Shown: positions 28,088 through 43,174, counted from the first letter of the stretch. The stretch: 64,000 bases of DNA from Eledone cirrhosa (GCA_964016885.1 OZ024750.1:32240001-32304000), one strand, 5' to 3'. The notes: generated by a model from the sequence alone, not told the origin. Numbers and translations are program-made.

Positions 28088-31000
28088 GATTACAAATAAA
28101 ATATATTAAACTGAAACTTTGTTGTCTCTTACTTAATTATATATTATATGCATACGCACACATATATGAATGTCTACTTGTTTGGGGGTGTGCTTGGTAT
28201 GTGTGAACATGTCTGCGTGTGTATACACACACATATATATTTACCGAATTGTCTATTCAATTTATGATGACATTTCTAAAGGGGGAATCTGATTCGCATT
28301 TCAATTATTTTAATAAAAGGAAGTAATCTCTTCTTTTTACTACCCGTGTTTAAATGGTTCAATGTTTCCCAAAGCAAATATGATACAAAAAAATAACTAA
28401 CAATACAAATTCAAATGTTTTAGGATTAATTAAATGTGAAAACATTTTCAGTTTATTATCTAAGACATGTCATTGTTAATGAATAGCAAGTAATATTTTT
28501 TTCGGTCTATAAATTTAATTATCGATTTATTAACATTTCCACTGCGGTAAACCAAAATTACAATCTTCAGCAATGAACAATTTTTCTTTAAATAAACTCC
28601 TGTTAGACAGAAGAAAAACCGTCTAAATTATTAAGATAGCGTTACCAACAAATTTATAAAACAAGCAATTTTATAACCGAATGACACACACAAAAAAAAG
28701 GGTAGAACGCTAACACACATCTGCAGAGAGAGAGAGGTAGAGATGGGGAAGAGAAAGAGGATGAGGAGATGAGTGTGGTTCAGAAGCACCCATAAATATT
28801 TATAGTCGATTCAATAGATGCTAAATATTTCAAATTGTATTGGCGATGATTATACCTCTGACTTGCCATAAGCCTTTCTCTCAGAGGCACAAACTTGGGC
28901 ATAGTGTTGCATGGAAGATAGCAGTCGCATGCATGCAAATCTCCCTTCAGCAGGGGAAAGTTAAAAGCCGATACAACTTCATACCAGTGTTGTCTCAACA
29001 CATTTTCTTCAGCAGAGTGATCTGGAGTAACGCGAAACATAAAGGATCTTCTTCAAGAAAACTGCCGCCGGGTATAGGAATTGAATTCATGACAATAGGA
29101 ATGTCAGCCCAGAACATCCACAACTAAGCAACACGCCTTTGGTATTATGAATTCCTATACAGTCTATTTAATATTAGTGAGCTATCCACTACTACAATCA
29201 CCAGAAAGACGCCATTTATACAATTTCTTTTATCGTTGTGCAATATTTGTTACTGCTATTCTGTGCCATCGAATCTGTATACATTGAGGTCACTAAGGAG
29301 GTGGGATCTATATTAACAGAGAAATCAAAAGTATATATTGTTCGGAACAGACGTCTAAGCCACCTAGGAGAAAGTCTGGCAATATTTTGTCCGGAGTTGA
29401 AAGAAGCCAATTCATCGATATCTTATTACGGCATCATTGTTATTTCTGCACATACGACCTATTTCTTACCCGTGACAGTGTTTTAGGGTCAGAGTCTCAA
29501 TGCACTGTGTGTCTTTCGTATTTTAAAACTGGTAGAATTGTTACGGCTGAGGAAATAGGAATAATCCACCCCAACATCGAAAAAATGAAAAGTAAGTTTG
29601 ACTATAGTGGGATTTGAATTCAGAGCCCGGTGAGTCAGAATAGATACCACGACAATTGTATTCAGATGCGCTAATAACTCTGCAAATTCGCCGCCTAGGC
29701 TACATATCACAATGAACGCGATACATAATATATATATCAAAATACTCAGTTAATTTTTGAGTTTATGCTAGATGCGTACTAGATAGCAAATTAATTAGTT
29801 GAACGTACAAAAATATCCTATCTAAAACTGAATATAAGGGAGAGAAGAAGGGGAAAGGCTCGAAAAGGAGAAGGAGGAGAGAAGCTCGAGAAGGAGGAAG
29901 ATGGATGATGATGAGGAGGAGGAAACTTATTCCTTAAATAATTCTTATTTTTCACTTATGAGATAGATAATTGTTTCTAGACCTGTCTATTACTGATAAT
30001 TATGTGAGAAGTTATCAGCAAATGAATTTCAATGAGGTGGGATTTAATAACAGGATTTCGAAAATAAACACGTTACACTGTTACGCGTACGGCTATTTAA
30101 CGAATTTTCAACAAACATCTCACATCAATATTTGCACGTTTCCACTAAAAGTGTCGGTATCAAGATCAACATTTTACTTTCTAGATACATCCACATCAGA
30201 ACTTATAACACACACGCACACACAAAAATAAGAAAAATTAAATAGAATAAAATAAATAAGAAAACAAGTTGCATTAAAAATTTATTTTAGAAATAAATTG
30301 TGTTGTTTTCCTTATCTTCACTCTTAAATTACAGGCAGCTGTCTTTAACGTGATTCTATAATGTGCTCTCAAGTCAATCACTTTGAAAATCTCTGTATTT
30401 GTATGAGATAATTGCTTTGCATTGGATCGATTCCAAACGGCATAAATCCAGTCTTTCCGAAAATGTTACATTAAGCTTACAGTGTATATTTTGATGTAGC
30501 TTCACTAGGTGTTTCCACTAATATTAGCATTCTGCGAGAAAGGAATCATAAATATCAACTAAAGTGGCTACTAATGCGAATCGACTTATCTCTGCTTTCA
30601 GTTCATCTAATTTTATATTACTAATTCATATACATTGAAGATTTCTCTATTTACACACTACATTATATTTAGTAAATTTAGGTTTAAAAGTGGTTTCTGA
30701 GCCGAAACGTAATAACAGATGAAAGAAATAGCATAAAATATTTACACATACATGCATCCCCCCCTCTCCCCCCCCCCCCCTCTTTCAGTATTGAAGTAGT
30801 AGTACACCTACTGACCGGAGTAGGAGGTAAGGAATGAGAGAATTAAGAGGACGAACGAACCTTGAAGTAAGAATTCACCCACCCCACACATACATCCCCT
30901 CCCCCATACACACAAACATCAAAGGGACTGTCATCTGCTTACAGCATGTGTACAATGTTACGCTTTATTTTCATACCTTCGGTGCGAAATGAAATAAACA

Positions 31001-31299
31001 TATATGAACATATTTATTTCTTTTCTCAAATTCGGTTTTTGTTTCTTTTCTTAAATCGTTACTTTAAAACTACATTTGTGTGGTTTCAGCATAAGAAATT
31101 TGATGACTCATTTCAGTTAAACACACACGCATAGTGTATTCACGTATTTCTTATATATGTTTATATTTATTTACATTTACTATCATCCTGAGTGTTAAAC
31201 ATACTTCTAAATTAGTCTGTCACATGACGGCTAAGAGTAAAAACCAAACACGTTATCTTCAATCCTGTATTCATTCTTACCTTTACTTATTGTCAAGAA

Positions 31300-31620
31300 T
31301 CTTAGGCAATGACCGAAAGACTACAAGCGGCTGAAATGGGATTCATTCAAAGGGTCTTCAGAATAAAATTACTCGCTAGGGTGCATAGCTCTGAGAACAG
31401 TTGGTCACCCGAGACAGATTTTACGGGCAAAGTAACACGGCTGAAGACCCAGAGCAGGATGTTTGAATAATGTCCAAATATTCGGTTGGTATCGCTTGGG
31501 GATCCAGCCAAATAATTTGCAGAGTATTACTTGTGATAGGACCATCTTAAAGGCGTGTCCGAGGACTCTTCCCACACGCCCCTCCCAAGAATGCGTAGGA
31601 GAAGACGAAGGCGAAAGAAA
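31300..31620 (+). mobile_element. Rex3-like RTE 3' fragment, decayed
   Basis: RLQAAEM-like and WYRLGIQP...RTLPTRPS segments. Confidence 0.6.
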
Positions 31621-32086
31621 CAGAAACGAAAAAGGCGAAAACGAAATAGACGAAGATAAGAAGGCGAAAACGAAATAGATGAAGACGAAAAAGAAAAGGA
31701 GGAAGTTAAAGCTAAGACAAAAGGGAAAACAAAGAAAGGACGAGCAAGGCTAGCATCTTAACAAGGAAAGATCCAAATGTACTAACGGTATTACGTTATT
31801 TAAATGAAAAAAGCAAAACAAAACGAAAGAAACTCCATTTGAACATTGACGTAATGGGATGCTGCTGCATATGGCTATATTGCATATAACCACAACTACA
31901 GGAATTCACACACTTATTTTCGTGGGGAAATTGTGGAAAAATTCAAAGAGTAAATCTTTGAAATATTTAAATATTTCCTTGGAAATGTAAATTTAACAGG
32001 AATATTATTCTATCGGTGTGTATCATTTAACAGAGAAAATTGTTTGAAGTTTCCATCGTGTGGTTGTTTTAGCTACCCACACGCAT

Positions 32087-32133
<47 letters not shown>

Positions 32134-32898
32134 CAATATATATACATATATATATATATACAATATATATATATATATATATACACACAATATATATATG
32201 CAATATATATATAATATATGCTTACATATGTGTATGTTTTTGTGCATGTTTTTACATGTGTGTGTGTGTTTCTGAGTGTGTTTGTGTGTACGTGTGAATC
32301 GATAATCAATTTTCATGAACGATGATGTTCTATTGCAATGCCCATTGATCTCACAAAAGCAGTAATTATGGTTAAAAGATTTATATTCCGAACGACGCAA
32401 GTCACAGTAAATTATAATGGAATATGTAGAGAAATTTCATAACAATGACTTCACCGAAGATAATATTTATGAATCAGACAATTCTGTGAATAAAGAGAAG
32501 AGATATATTAAGTAGATTACTACCCATACTATTCTATATTTAGTTGTTAAACCAAACTAACTATCTGGTTGTTAAATCGAACCAACGACAAACATTTCAC
32601 TCGAGAATAGAAGATGATGGTATAATTTTCGGCATCTAAAGAGCATTTATGTTCTAATAACGCAATATAGCTCAACACCAGTTATCGGAGGAATATATAC
32701 TTTTACAAGCGAATGGTTGGATACCAAATTTTTCAAATACCAAATGATATCTATTATGAAGAGTTATAACATTATCTGAATGTATGTCTGTATACCACTT
32801 TAACGATGATAAGTGCTATCATATTCATTTGGTGTTCGCAAATGCAGTTTGTATATATATATATATATATATATATATGAATGCATACATATATATCT

Positions 32899-32965
<67 letters not shown>

Positions 32966-33104
32966 AGCATACATACATATATACATGCAAACACACATAT
33001 ATATATACATACATACAGATATACAAACATACACATACATATATATATGATGGGTGCCTGCTCGTTATCGAGTATTGCCATTGCACGATATAACATTATT
33101 AATA

Positions 33105-33350
33105 TTTGTTTCTACTATTGGCACAAGGCCAGCAAATACCCAGTATATTACTGGTACTTTATTTTATCGACCCCGTAAGGATGAAATGCAAAGTTAACCT
33201 CGGTGGGGGTTTGAACTCAGAATGGCAAGGACCGTAACTCTATGCGTCAAAGCATAGCGTCGGGCCCTCTACTGATACTGCCAATCTAACGCCTTATAAA
33301 GTACCAGTAATGTACTGGGTAATTGCTGGCCTTGTGCCAAAAGTAGAAAC
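33105..33350. mobile_element. Two-tailed SINE insertion (full minus copy plus inverted 3' tail) with 15-bp TSD
   Basis: ataacattattaata at 33090-33104 and 33351-33365. Confidence 0.8.
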
Positions 33351-33518
33351 ATAACATTATTAATAATTATCAATTAATGTTAGCGTGCAATGCCTGTGCG
33401 TGAAGATTTTCTTTAAAGTGAAGAAAGACTTGCACTGAGCCAATCCGGCTCTCTGAGCGACAGTAGCCATAACTCGAAGTTAAGAAAAGATCAACAACAT
33501 CGGCAACTACACACACAT

Positions 33519-33558
<40 letters not shown>

Positions 33559-34274
33559 GGATACATACACACACACACACACATACATATATATAAAAAA
33601 GGAACGATCGACTTTCGTCAAATCGGACCGAGAGAACAATGTTTCCGTTGGTCTTTCCAATTGCTAATACTATCTATCGGTCGCAACTCCAGGTAGAAGA
33701 AGCAACGTGAAATAAATATATATGTGTGTGTGTTTACGTGTGTGTGTAATATATTTATAATTGGAAATTGTATGAGGGAGATACGTTAGGTGGTGAGCAG
33801 TTGCAGCATCTTAGTCTCACAAAAGATAATATGACAGTAAGAGATACGTTCTGTTGCAGTGGGTTGCCGGATTATCAGTGTCTTGAGATCAGACTAAGTA
33901 ATTGGTTATTCTCTAGGCATTTATCTGCCACTGGAAATAAAACTGCTGCTAAAGACAGATCAGAGATCATTTCTAATATCTTCGTGGTTCGTCTCTCTCT
34001 GGATTCAGTTACGTTTTTATCTGGGATGTTTTAACACTAAATCAGATCATTGCTCTCTCACGCAGACCATGATTGTTTTTCATTGCAAGGAGAGGACCAG
34101 CGGATTGTAATAGTGAAACTCCAGAGTAACAGGACCCATCATATAGCCATAATAAAGAATGTATTTGCATATATGCATGAGATGTCAACATGAATGGAGC
34201 TCTTATTTTTATCTAAAGACATTTTTCCAATTCCAACTCGCCCGTCCCCTCAATATATTTTATTTCTCATTCTT

Positions 34275-34310
34275 TCTTCTGATGAAGGACTAAAGTCCGA
34301 AACATTAAGA
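34275..34310 (+). ncRNA. Minimal type I hammerhead with one CpG-type mutation
   Basis: tctt CTGATGA a ggac taaa gtcc GAAAC ATT aaga (expected GAAAC GTT). Confidence 0.65.
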
Positions 34311-34394
34311 CCCTCTTCCTGCTATATCAAGCGTTAACCTAATATATCGCTTCCATATACTGTACCGATTGTGTTGTTATTTCTGTTTACCTTT

Positions 34395-34524
<130 letters not shown>

Positions 34525-35617
34525 AATACAGATCATCTACTTTTACTAATATAACCATTCTACATCTTACCATGTACCGAGTACTTGCCCAAGTTTTTGT
34601 TCCCCAGTCGCATTATCGGCCGCATACAATATATAAATATATATGTGTGTGTGTGTGTGTGCGCGTGCGTGTGTGTGTGTGTGTTTATATATATATATAT
34701 ATTTGTTTATATAGTAGTAGTAATTGTTTGGTAAAGATATCTAAGGTGTAGAACACTCAGTTCATATGGCGATATACTTATATATTATTAAATTCGATAC
34801 TCCAACGAAGATATAACATCCGGAAACGCAGGAACACGCGTTTCGTTGAGTGAACTTAATCATATATACATACAAATATATATATATATATATATATATA
34901 AATATGTATGTATATACTTTGTATAGGGTCATCACGTTTGAAAGTTAACCTGATAGATTATATGACGTGTTCCTAATATCTTTTAAAGAAAGTAATTTAT
35001 TTTGAAAATTGAAAAAAAAATTGTTAATAAAGAAGAATAAGTTACGTGTTTCGAAAAATATTCATTTAAAATAATTATGTAAATTGGTTTAGTTATTCAA
35101 AAAGCATACTGTAAAAAATACCTTAAATAAAAACAGCCAATTAATTTCACAATACATTTGACGAAATGCTTTAAAAAAGGATTCGGCCTGTATTTGGTTG
35201 GACTCAGAATGTTGATTTACGCAGAATTGTTGCATCCAAGCAATTCAGAATCTTGTTCTAGTCGAGCTTCATAAAAAATGCGTGAACATAAACTAAGAAA
35301 TACAGAAGCTAAATTTGAAAAATAACTTTCATTGATTCTTATTTTCTGGGAAAATAAGCACGTTTTTCAATTCGGCTTCTGTATTTGTTGTTATATATAT
35401 TTTCCCAGTACTTTTGTAAATCTCAACTTGATCCATGTTATTTAATGCTTGAGTATGAGAATACTTAATCAACATTATAGGGACAACTGAATAATGTTGA
35501 AGTATTTTAAAATGCGTCCAAATGTAGTGAATTCTAGAGATTGTATTTATTTTAGGGATCAATAAGCGTCGGAAATTTTAACAATGCATACATACAATCA
35601 TACATACATATATAAAT

Positions 35618-35898
<281 letters not shown>

Positions 35899-35928
35899 TG
35901 GGTGATACGCGATGAGTATCGGGAGGTG

Positions 35929-35988
<60 letters not shown>

Positions 35989-36398
35989 CTTAGAGTTTAG
36001 ACTCAATGGGGTCATTTACAATCATTTCAGCTCTAAGAATCGCTTCTGAGCAGAATAAATTAATATTTGATGAATTTTATTAGTCAATTGCAACTAAAAC
36101 ATGTAAATGTTCATCAAATATTAATTTATATATATATATATGTTTTTGCTGAATCACAAGTCAGAAGAGCAGATCGATAATGGAGTTGGGTCTATAACTT
36201 TCATGGATGACCTTGAGCCAATCCGCTGCGAAACGTAAGTAATAGGTCGATACAAAATAAAAAGCTACCTGCATGTAAACAAAATTTCGTATATATGGAA
36301 ACTTTATTATGAGCAAAATAGAAAACTACACTTCAACGCAGAAATATATCAGAAATATATTATGAAAGTAAACTGGAATCGATTCTTAAACAACTTCC

Positions 36399-36992
36399 GG
36401 AGGGCGGTGGATTGGCAGTATCGGTAGAGGGTCGGACGCCATGCTTTGACGCATAGAGTTACGTCCCTTGCCATTCTGAGTTCAAATCCCGCCAAGGTTA
36501 ACTTTGCCTTTCATCCTCACGGGGTCGATGAAATAAAGTACCAGTAATGCACTGGGTATTTGCTGGTCTTCTGCGAAAAAGTAGAAGCAATTATATCTAT
36601 AGAACGGGGTGGATACTATATCGGTAGCGGGTCGTACGCCATGTTTTGACGCATAGAGTTACGTCCCTTGCCATTCTGAGTTCAAATCCCGCCAAGGTTA
36701 ACTTTGCCTTTCATCCTCACGGGGTCGATGAAATAAAGTACCAGTAATGCACTGGGTATTTGCTGGCCTTGTGCCAAAAAGTAGAAGCAATTATATCTAT
36801 AGAACGGGGTGGATACTATATCGGTAGAGGGTCGGACGCCATGTTTTGACGCATAGAGCTACGTCCCTTGCCATTCTGAGTTCAAATCCCGCCAAGGTTA
36901 ACTTTGCCTTTCATCCTCACGGGGTCGATGAAATAAAGTACCAGTAATGCACTGGTATATTGCTGGCCTTGTGCCAAAAGTAGAAACAATTA
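36399..36992 (+). mobile_element. SINE trimer flanked by one 13-bp TSD
   Basis: Three about 200-bp units; ttaaacaacttcc at 36386-36398 and 36993-37005. Confidence 0.9.
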
Positions 36993-38019
36993 TTAAACAA
37001 CTTCCAAATCTGTGATAATGATAAAATGATTCAGTTGTGTCTGCTCAGTAGTAACACGACAAGCTATTATCATCGTTTCATTCTAAAGGTGAACCTGAGA
37101 TGTTGAAACTTTAATGTACGTGGGAATGTTATTGTTCAAAACTAAACATAAATGATTAATAAAACGTTTCTTTCGAAATATCATAAATGATTATAACATG
37201 GTTTATAAAGTTGCTCCCTATACAAACACATATGTATGTGTGTGGGGGTGGGGTGGGGTGGGGTCGGGGTTATGTGTGTGTGGTGTGCGTGTGTATGGCG
37301 AAGTGACATTTAAAACTCGTAAACAGGATTTGCTCTATAATAAGCAGAGCATTCAAATGTTTGAAGTTGCTATCAGGTGAGAATCGTCAATAAGAGAGCC
37401 AGACAGTGACACACCAATGAGACATCAGGAACAATCAGTTTTGGTTTATATTTCCGTTATATAAAAATATATTTCACATGAAGTTTCGTATAGAGTACGT
37501 AAACAAATATATATCTTTGACTGTCACGAAACGGCAACATTATGCACGAATGCATCGTTGTATTTTCAATGATATTTTCTACATGTGACAACAAAGACAA
37601 GCCATTGGGATTCATGATTAGATATTCAATTTAGTAAGGTGGCCTCTGAATATTTGTGGGTTGAACTAAGCACCTTCTTAATCTGAATACAAGAAATATG
37701 TTTTCAAATTTGAACAATACTTCTATCTCAGAAGAGGTTACCGTTTTGCTGAAAATCTCATTATCAGGTAGAAGATAGAAAGTGGCGTAATAATAGTGTA
37801 TTTATACTGATACAAAACTTATTCTAAAGGGGACCTCTGCATTATATAATCTGTAAGTATATGAATGAGAAATTGTGTGATTATTGAATAGAAAGTTCTG
37901 GGGGACATGCGGTGTATTTATTCTATGTTTCTCTTAATATTAATGCTTTGGTTCGAATGATCTTAATGTATGTTGGTTTTTATCCCATACATACTAAGGG
38001 GACGTTAGATATGAGTGAT

Positions 38020-38415
38020 GTTCTATAGATATAATTGTTTCTACTTTTGGCACAAGGCCAGCAATGAACCAGTGCATTACTGGTACCTTATTTTATCGAC
38101 CTCGTAAGGATGAAAGGCAAAGTTAACCTCAGCGGGATTTGAACTCAGTTCATAAAGGGTCGTAAATCTTTGCTGCAAAGCATGGCGTCCGACCCTCTAC
38201 CGATACTGTATTCACCTCGTTCTATAGATATAATTGTTTCTACTTTTTGGCACAAGGCCAGCAATTACCCAGTGCATTACTGGTACTTTATTTTATCGAC
38301 CCCGTAAGGATGAAAGGCAAAGTTAACCTCGGCAGGATTTGAACTCAGAATGGCAAGGGCCGTAACTCTACGCGTCAAACCATGGCGTCCGACGCTCTAC
38401 CGATACTGCCAATTA
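38020..38415 (-). mobile_element. SINE dimer
   Basis: Two copies joined by gttctatagata. Confidence 0.85.
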
Positions 38416-38924
38416 AATAGATTTAATGACTTGTAATAGAATGAAGCGAGAAACAAAACCACATGTATATACAAGGTTTGTTAGCCAACCAACATTTTCT
38501 AGAGAAGTGTTTGGGAAGGGTTTCTCCGAATCTAGCTTATCTGAGAAAAGCATCTCGATCACAGAATTTGAAACACAATATAATGGATGCCTATACGACT
38601 CACGCATCTGATGATGATATTTGTACTTCAGGGAAAAGCTTCTATGACCTCAATATGAAAGATAACTTTTAACTGCTGTAAATATAATATAAATGTCCAG
38701 TTTAGACCGTAGTACCATATGGGCTGAGAGACCAGGAATACTACTGATCTGTTTAGTACCAGATGTTTGTTAAGATTCTCTGTTAAAGTAATTAATAAAG
38801 GCCCAACAAAGGGCCCACAACGTATTGGCAAGTCAGCAAGTTAACTTTGAAGGGTATATTCCTAGTAGACGTACAATTGAAAATGCATGTAACTACGGTC
38901 ATATTCCTATGAATATATATATAT

Positions 38925-39565
38925 ATATCATCATCATCATCAATTTACGTTCGCTTACCCTGCATGCAAGGGTGGGACGGGTCCTATTCAGCACAGCATC
39001 TCTGCACTTGTCACGGTCCTTCGTCATCTCCACCCTGAACTTCAGTGATCTGAGGTCTGCTCTCACCACCTCCGCCCATGTTTTTTGTGGTCTTCCTCTA
39101 CTAAGTCTTCCTTCAACTGGCATTTCTTGGCACTTCATCACCCATCGGTCATCCTCCATGCGCATGACATGTCCATACCATCGCAGTCTACTCTCCCGCA
39201 CACAACAATTTATCCCTCTCAGACACAGTCTCTCTCTCAACACATCCATGCTCGGTCGTTCACGCACATCGACATTGCACATCCAACGGATCATGCTTGC
39301 CTCATTTCTCACCAGCCGTCGCATATCCTCTGCAGTTGCTGCCCATGTCTCACTACCATGCAGCATCGCGCATCTCACACAGGCATCATATAGCGGTCTT
39401 TTCGTACGCAGGGAGAAAACCTTCGTCAGCAGAGGAAGCAGCTCCTTAAACTTCTTCCCACCCGTCCTTATTCTAGATACTATGGCCTCGGAACACCCCT
39501 CTCCCATGCTAATCTGATCACCTAGGTACCGGAAGCTCACAATCACTTCTATAGCACCCATCTGC

Positions 39566-39567
<2 letters not shown>
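38925..39567 (-). mobile_element. RTE-clade LINE 3' end, reading frame intact, (ATG)n tail
   Basis: FRYLG, LHGSETW, RLRWYGHVMR, RGRPQKTW motifs; tcatcatcatc tail. Confidence 0.9.
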
Positions 39568-39597
<30 letters not shown>

Positions 39598-39598
<1 letters not shown>

Positions 39599-39795
39599 AG
39601 TGGTCCTCAGCTCGTAATGGACATGGTTATACGGAACAGCGTAAAACCATGTCCATTACGAACTGAGGATCCTCTAAGGTGAAACAATTGTTCTGGGTAT
39701 GGTGAACTAACTGTCGTATAACTAATTCTACTCAACTCGTCTCATGGACTGAGTGCTCTACCATTACGGATATTACCTTCCAGTGTTCTACCACT
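39598..39795 (+). ncRNA. Fold-back element (25-bp arms) with HHR core at 39656-39699
   Basis: CTGAGGA t cct cta agg t GAAAC aatt GTT; palindromic AACAATTGTT; stem I weak. Confidence 0.55.
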
Positions 39796-40837
39796 ATATT
39801 TATATATATATGATTTGAATGCATAATCGAGCGAACCTGTCTCAGAGTGCTACCCAATTTTATATTTGTAATGGGGAGGTCACACGTGGTTATCTCAGAC
39901 ACTCACACATACTAATCTTTTAGTAGTTTTATATATATATATATTTTAACGTAAAAACCAAGATAGAAACATACTTTTCTTGTGATTCAAGAAATTTGGT
40001 TCTATCGTAAGACTAGACTTCAAAAGGAGAGGAAATCTTCGCTTGAGTTGCTAAACTCTGAAATCATCAGATGATGTTTGGGCGTTCTTAGAAATTTCAG
40101 TCTTTTTCGATGACATCCTTGCTTCTAATTATAGAAGGATTATCAACTCTCCTTTTGCATTTGGGTAAGCATAGATTCCCATATACGTATTTTGGCAAGG
40201 TCATTTTTTTATATAACATACCCACACAGATAACGATTTCTATTCCAACCAATTATTTTGCTTTTTAATAACAAGGAGTTTCATGATACGCCTATAGCAG
40301 ATCATTGTCTTCTGTGCCTCTCACTAATCCTGGTGCGTGATAACTTATTTGTGTACACAGTTCCTTCTTTCCATTTGGTAGTTGTCTTTGCAATAATAAA
40401 ATCTGTAGTGGTAGTGGTCACGGTGATTGTCATCGTATATGTGTGTATGTATTGGCATATTTGAATGTAGTGTCTGAAATCAATTGCGTTTATGTGCGTG
40501 CGTGTGTAACCCTATCTGTGCGTGCTGCCCTTATGTGTCAACTTGTTGCACGGTATATATGTCTGTATTTGATTTCTTTATTTATTCATTTGTAATTTAT
40601 TTTGATTTTTAATACCAATATTTTCTTAGAAACCTGAGACTTGTCTGGATTCGTATTTCCATTTTTTAGAGACGATATCTTAGGAATAAGAGTCTCCCTA
40701 GTGCCTCTATCCACTCACCTCTCGCTTGATGTCACATCCAGGAAAACAAAATAAGAATATAGAAAACAACAGTGGCAGCAAAGACGATATTGGTAATAAA
40801 AATAAAGTAACATATACGCATACACACCACGCCAATA

Positions 40838-41030
40838 TTAATTGTTTCTACTTTTGGCACAAGGCCAGCAATTCACCAGTACATTACTGGTTCTTTATTT
40901 TATCGACCACGTAAGGATGAAAGGCAAAGTTGACCTCGGCGGGATTTGAACTCAGAAGAGAAAGGGCCGTAACTCTATGCGTCAAAGCCTCACGTCTGAC
41001 CCTCTACCGATACTGCCAATCCACCGCCCT
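40838..41030 (-). mobile_element. Dominant SINE, full length, with TSD ccaatattaat
   Basis: Head and tail complete. Confidence 0.9.
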
Positions 41031-41211
41031 CACCAATATTAATACACATAAAGACATACAGATAGCATTACCACCACCGCACCAGTGTCGATATCATCAC
41101 ATACAACTTAATATAACTTCCCTTATAAGGACTGGCTCTCTGACAACAGGCGAAAAGAAATCAATAAATAGCCAAAGGAAATGTCTACATTCCCTTTTAT
41201 CTCTCTCTTCC

Positions 41212-41274
<63 letters not shown>

Positions 41275-41939
41275 TGTATGTATGTATGTATGTATGTATG
41301 TGTGTGTGTGTGTGTATGTGTGTGTGTGTGTGTATGTGTGTGTGTGTGTGGGTGTGTGTGTGTGTGTGTACATATATATAAAACACACACACAGACACAC
41401 ATATATATATCTATATCTATATATAATTGAATTATAAATGGAGCTATCCAGTTAAGTCATATATATCAAAATATGCATAAACTCAATGTATTATAATCTT
41501 CAGTAACCATGCTAGTCAAAATAATTCAATAATACATAACGTAAAGGCAGGACAATTGAAGATAAATGTGTTACAGAACATAATATATAGTTTAGATAAA
41601 GTTAACCAAATATATCATGCAATTCAAAAACATATTTGTCGACAATTGTTTCGATTATTGCAGATTATTATACAGTTAATTCATAATTAACAGTCAAAAT
41701 AATTGCATTTTCTTATGCACACACATTGAGAATACATCAATTTAACTGAGCCATCTCATCAGGAATAACAGAAATTATCAAAATTGATGTGTCAATTTAT
41801 ATTGAGGTAAATACAAAGAAACCCAAGGAATAACCAGTAGATAGACATTAAGTGAATGGGCAAAGAATTTCACACAAATACAGATGTCTGGTGAGTTATA
41901 GAGTCCATAGTTGGTGCGCTTATACATATGTATTTGTGA

Positions 41940-41994
<55 letters not shown>

Positions 41995-41997
<3 letters not shown>

Positions 41998-42395
41998 GGT
42001 TATGTACGAGTGAATTAATGTTTTCCAGGACACAGTGTTATGTACCGTGTAGTGGAATGTCAGCTTACAACAGAGTGGTGCTCAACGAAATGCAGAAAAA
42101 AAGGTGTATATTCCAGTTTAGCTATATTCCGGGGCGTGTATAAAGAATTAAAAAGAACAGAAAGATGCAGTAAAAGAGATTTATTCGGTTCTTACGTACG
42201 TTTCAATAGACATCAATTTGCCTAGATCTCGCTACATCTATAATATTATATATTTAGTAGAGCATTCGATATCCAATGCAAAATCGATCGCATATCATCA
42301 GAGATGTAGCGAGATCTAGGCAAATTGATGTCTATTGAAACGTACGTAAGAACCGAATAAATCTCTTTTACTGCATCTTTCTGTTCTTTTTAATT

Positions 42396-42402
<7 letters not shown>
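41995..42402 (-). mobile_element. Young fold-back PLE-like element (perfect 101-bp arms) with HHR at 42190-42304 (minus)
   Basis: Arms 42139-42239 and 42302-42402 are exact complements. Minus strand reads tct CTGATGA...GAAAC gtac GTA aga. Tail 41995-42138 on one arm only. Confidence 0.8.
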
Positions 42403-42470
<68 letters not shown>

Positions 42471-42650
42471 TATGCATATTTACATTTATGTATCAGCTAT
42501 GCCAGGGCGAAAAGTAAAATTCGAATTTTAGTTTTAGTTTTCGGCAAGGCCAGCCGTAACTCGCTCGGTATGCAAATGAGGCTACTCAGTCGATGTGTAC
42601 TGAAGAAAATACTATATAGTTTCAACAGATCTACAGATTGTCGGAAGTAC

Positions 42651-42694
42651 ACAGTCCTGATGAAAGTGTCATGACACAGAAACATGTTGATTGT
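42651..42694 (+). ncRNA. Minimal type I hammerhead ribozyme
   Basis: acagtc CTGATGA aa gtgtc at gacac a GAAAC at GTT gattgt. Confidence 0.8.
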
Positions 42695-42814
42695 TCCCCA
42701 GCGCCAATGTTGAACAAACGAATGACAATTTGTCATTGGCACAGTACAGCTTTAATCGAGCCGTTTGTTTACAAACAAATCGAATATTATTTATATTCGA
42801 TATAGCCCATACGT

Positions 42815-42980
42815 ACATGGACACACTGGAAAAGAAGACCAAGGTTAAAGTATGTTGATGCCCTAAGGATAGACACTGATCTGTTGGAGACGCAGGACAT
42901 GGCAGCGATAATGAGAGACAGAGACCGCTGGAGAGAACTCGTCCATGGATCTCGGGAATTTTACCCGCCCTAGAATAGAA
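42815..42980 (+). mobile_element. RTE LINE 3' end (same family as 53755-54020)
   Basis: YVDALR.DT.L...DMAAIMRDRDRWRELVHGSREFYPP*. Confidence 0.85.
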
Positions 42981-43065
42981 TATATATATATATATAAGTT
43001 ATTCTGGATTGAATCGTAGGTAACCACAGCAAGTAAGGTACTCAAGACATAGCAGAGTATAAATG

Positions 43066-43174
43066 TTTTAATATAGAAGAGCTTCTACAGGAATAGAACT
43101 GTTTCATTCGTGTGAAATCATCAGGATCACGAATGAGACAGTTCTAGTCCTGTAGAAGCTCTTCTATATTAAAA
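43066..43174. repeat. 47-bp arm fold-back with HHR core on the minus strand
   Basis: Arms 43066-43112 and 43128-43174; minus strand reads CTGATGA t ttc acac gaa t GAAAC; stem I lost at the fold point. Confidence 0.6.

Noticed and set aside
34835-34870. Minus-strand atgatta agtt cactc aac GAAAC GC GTG
   Set aside because: Two core mismatches, truncated at a TA run, and G at the cleavage position; not counted
36156-36240. HHR-like CAGAAGA gcag...ctgc GAAAC GTA
   Set aside because: Core mismatch and no stem I pairing; possibly a decayed copy, not counted
38426-38672. Short ORFs and a CTGATGA...GAAAAG motif
   Set aside because: No recognisable protein motif; helices do not pair convincingly
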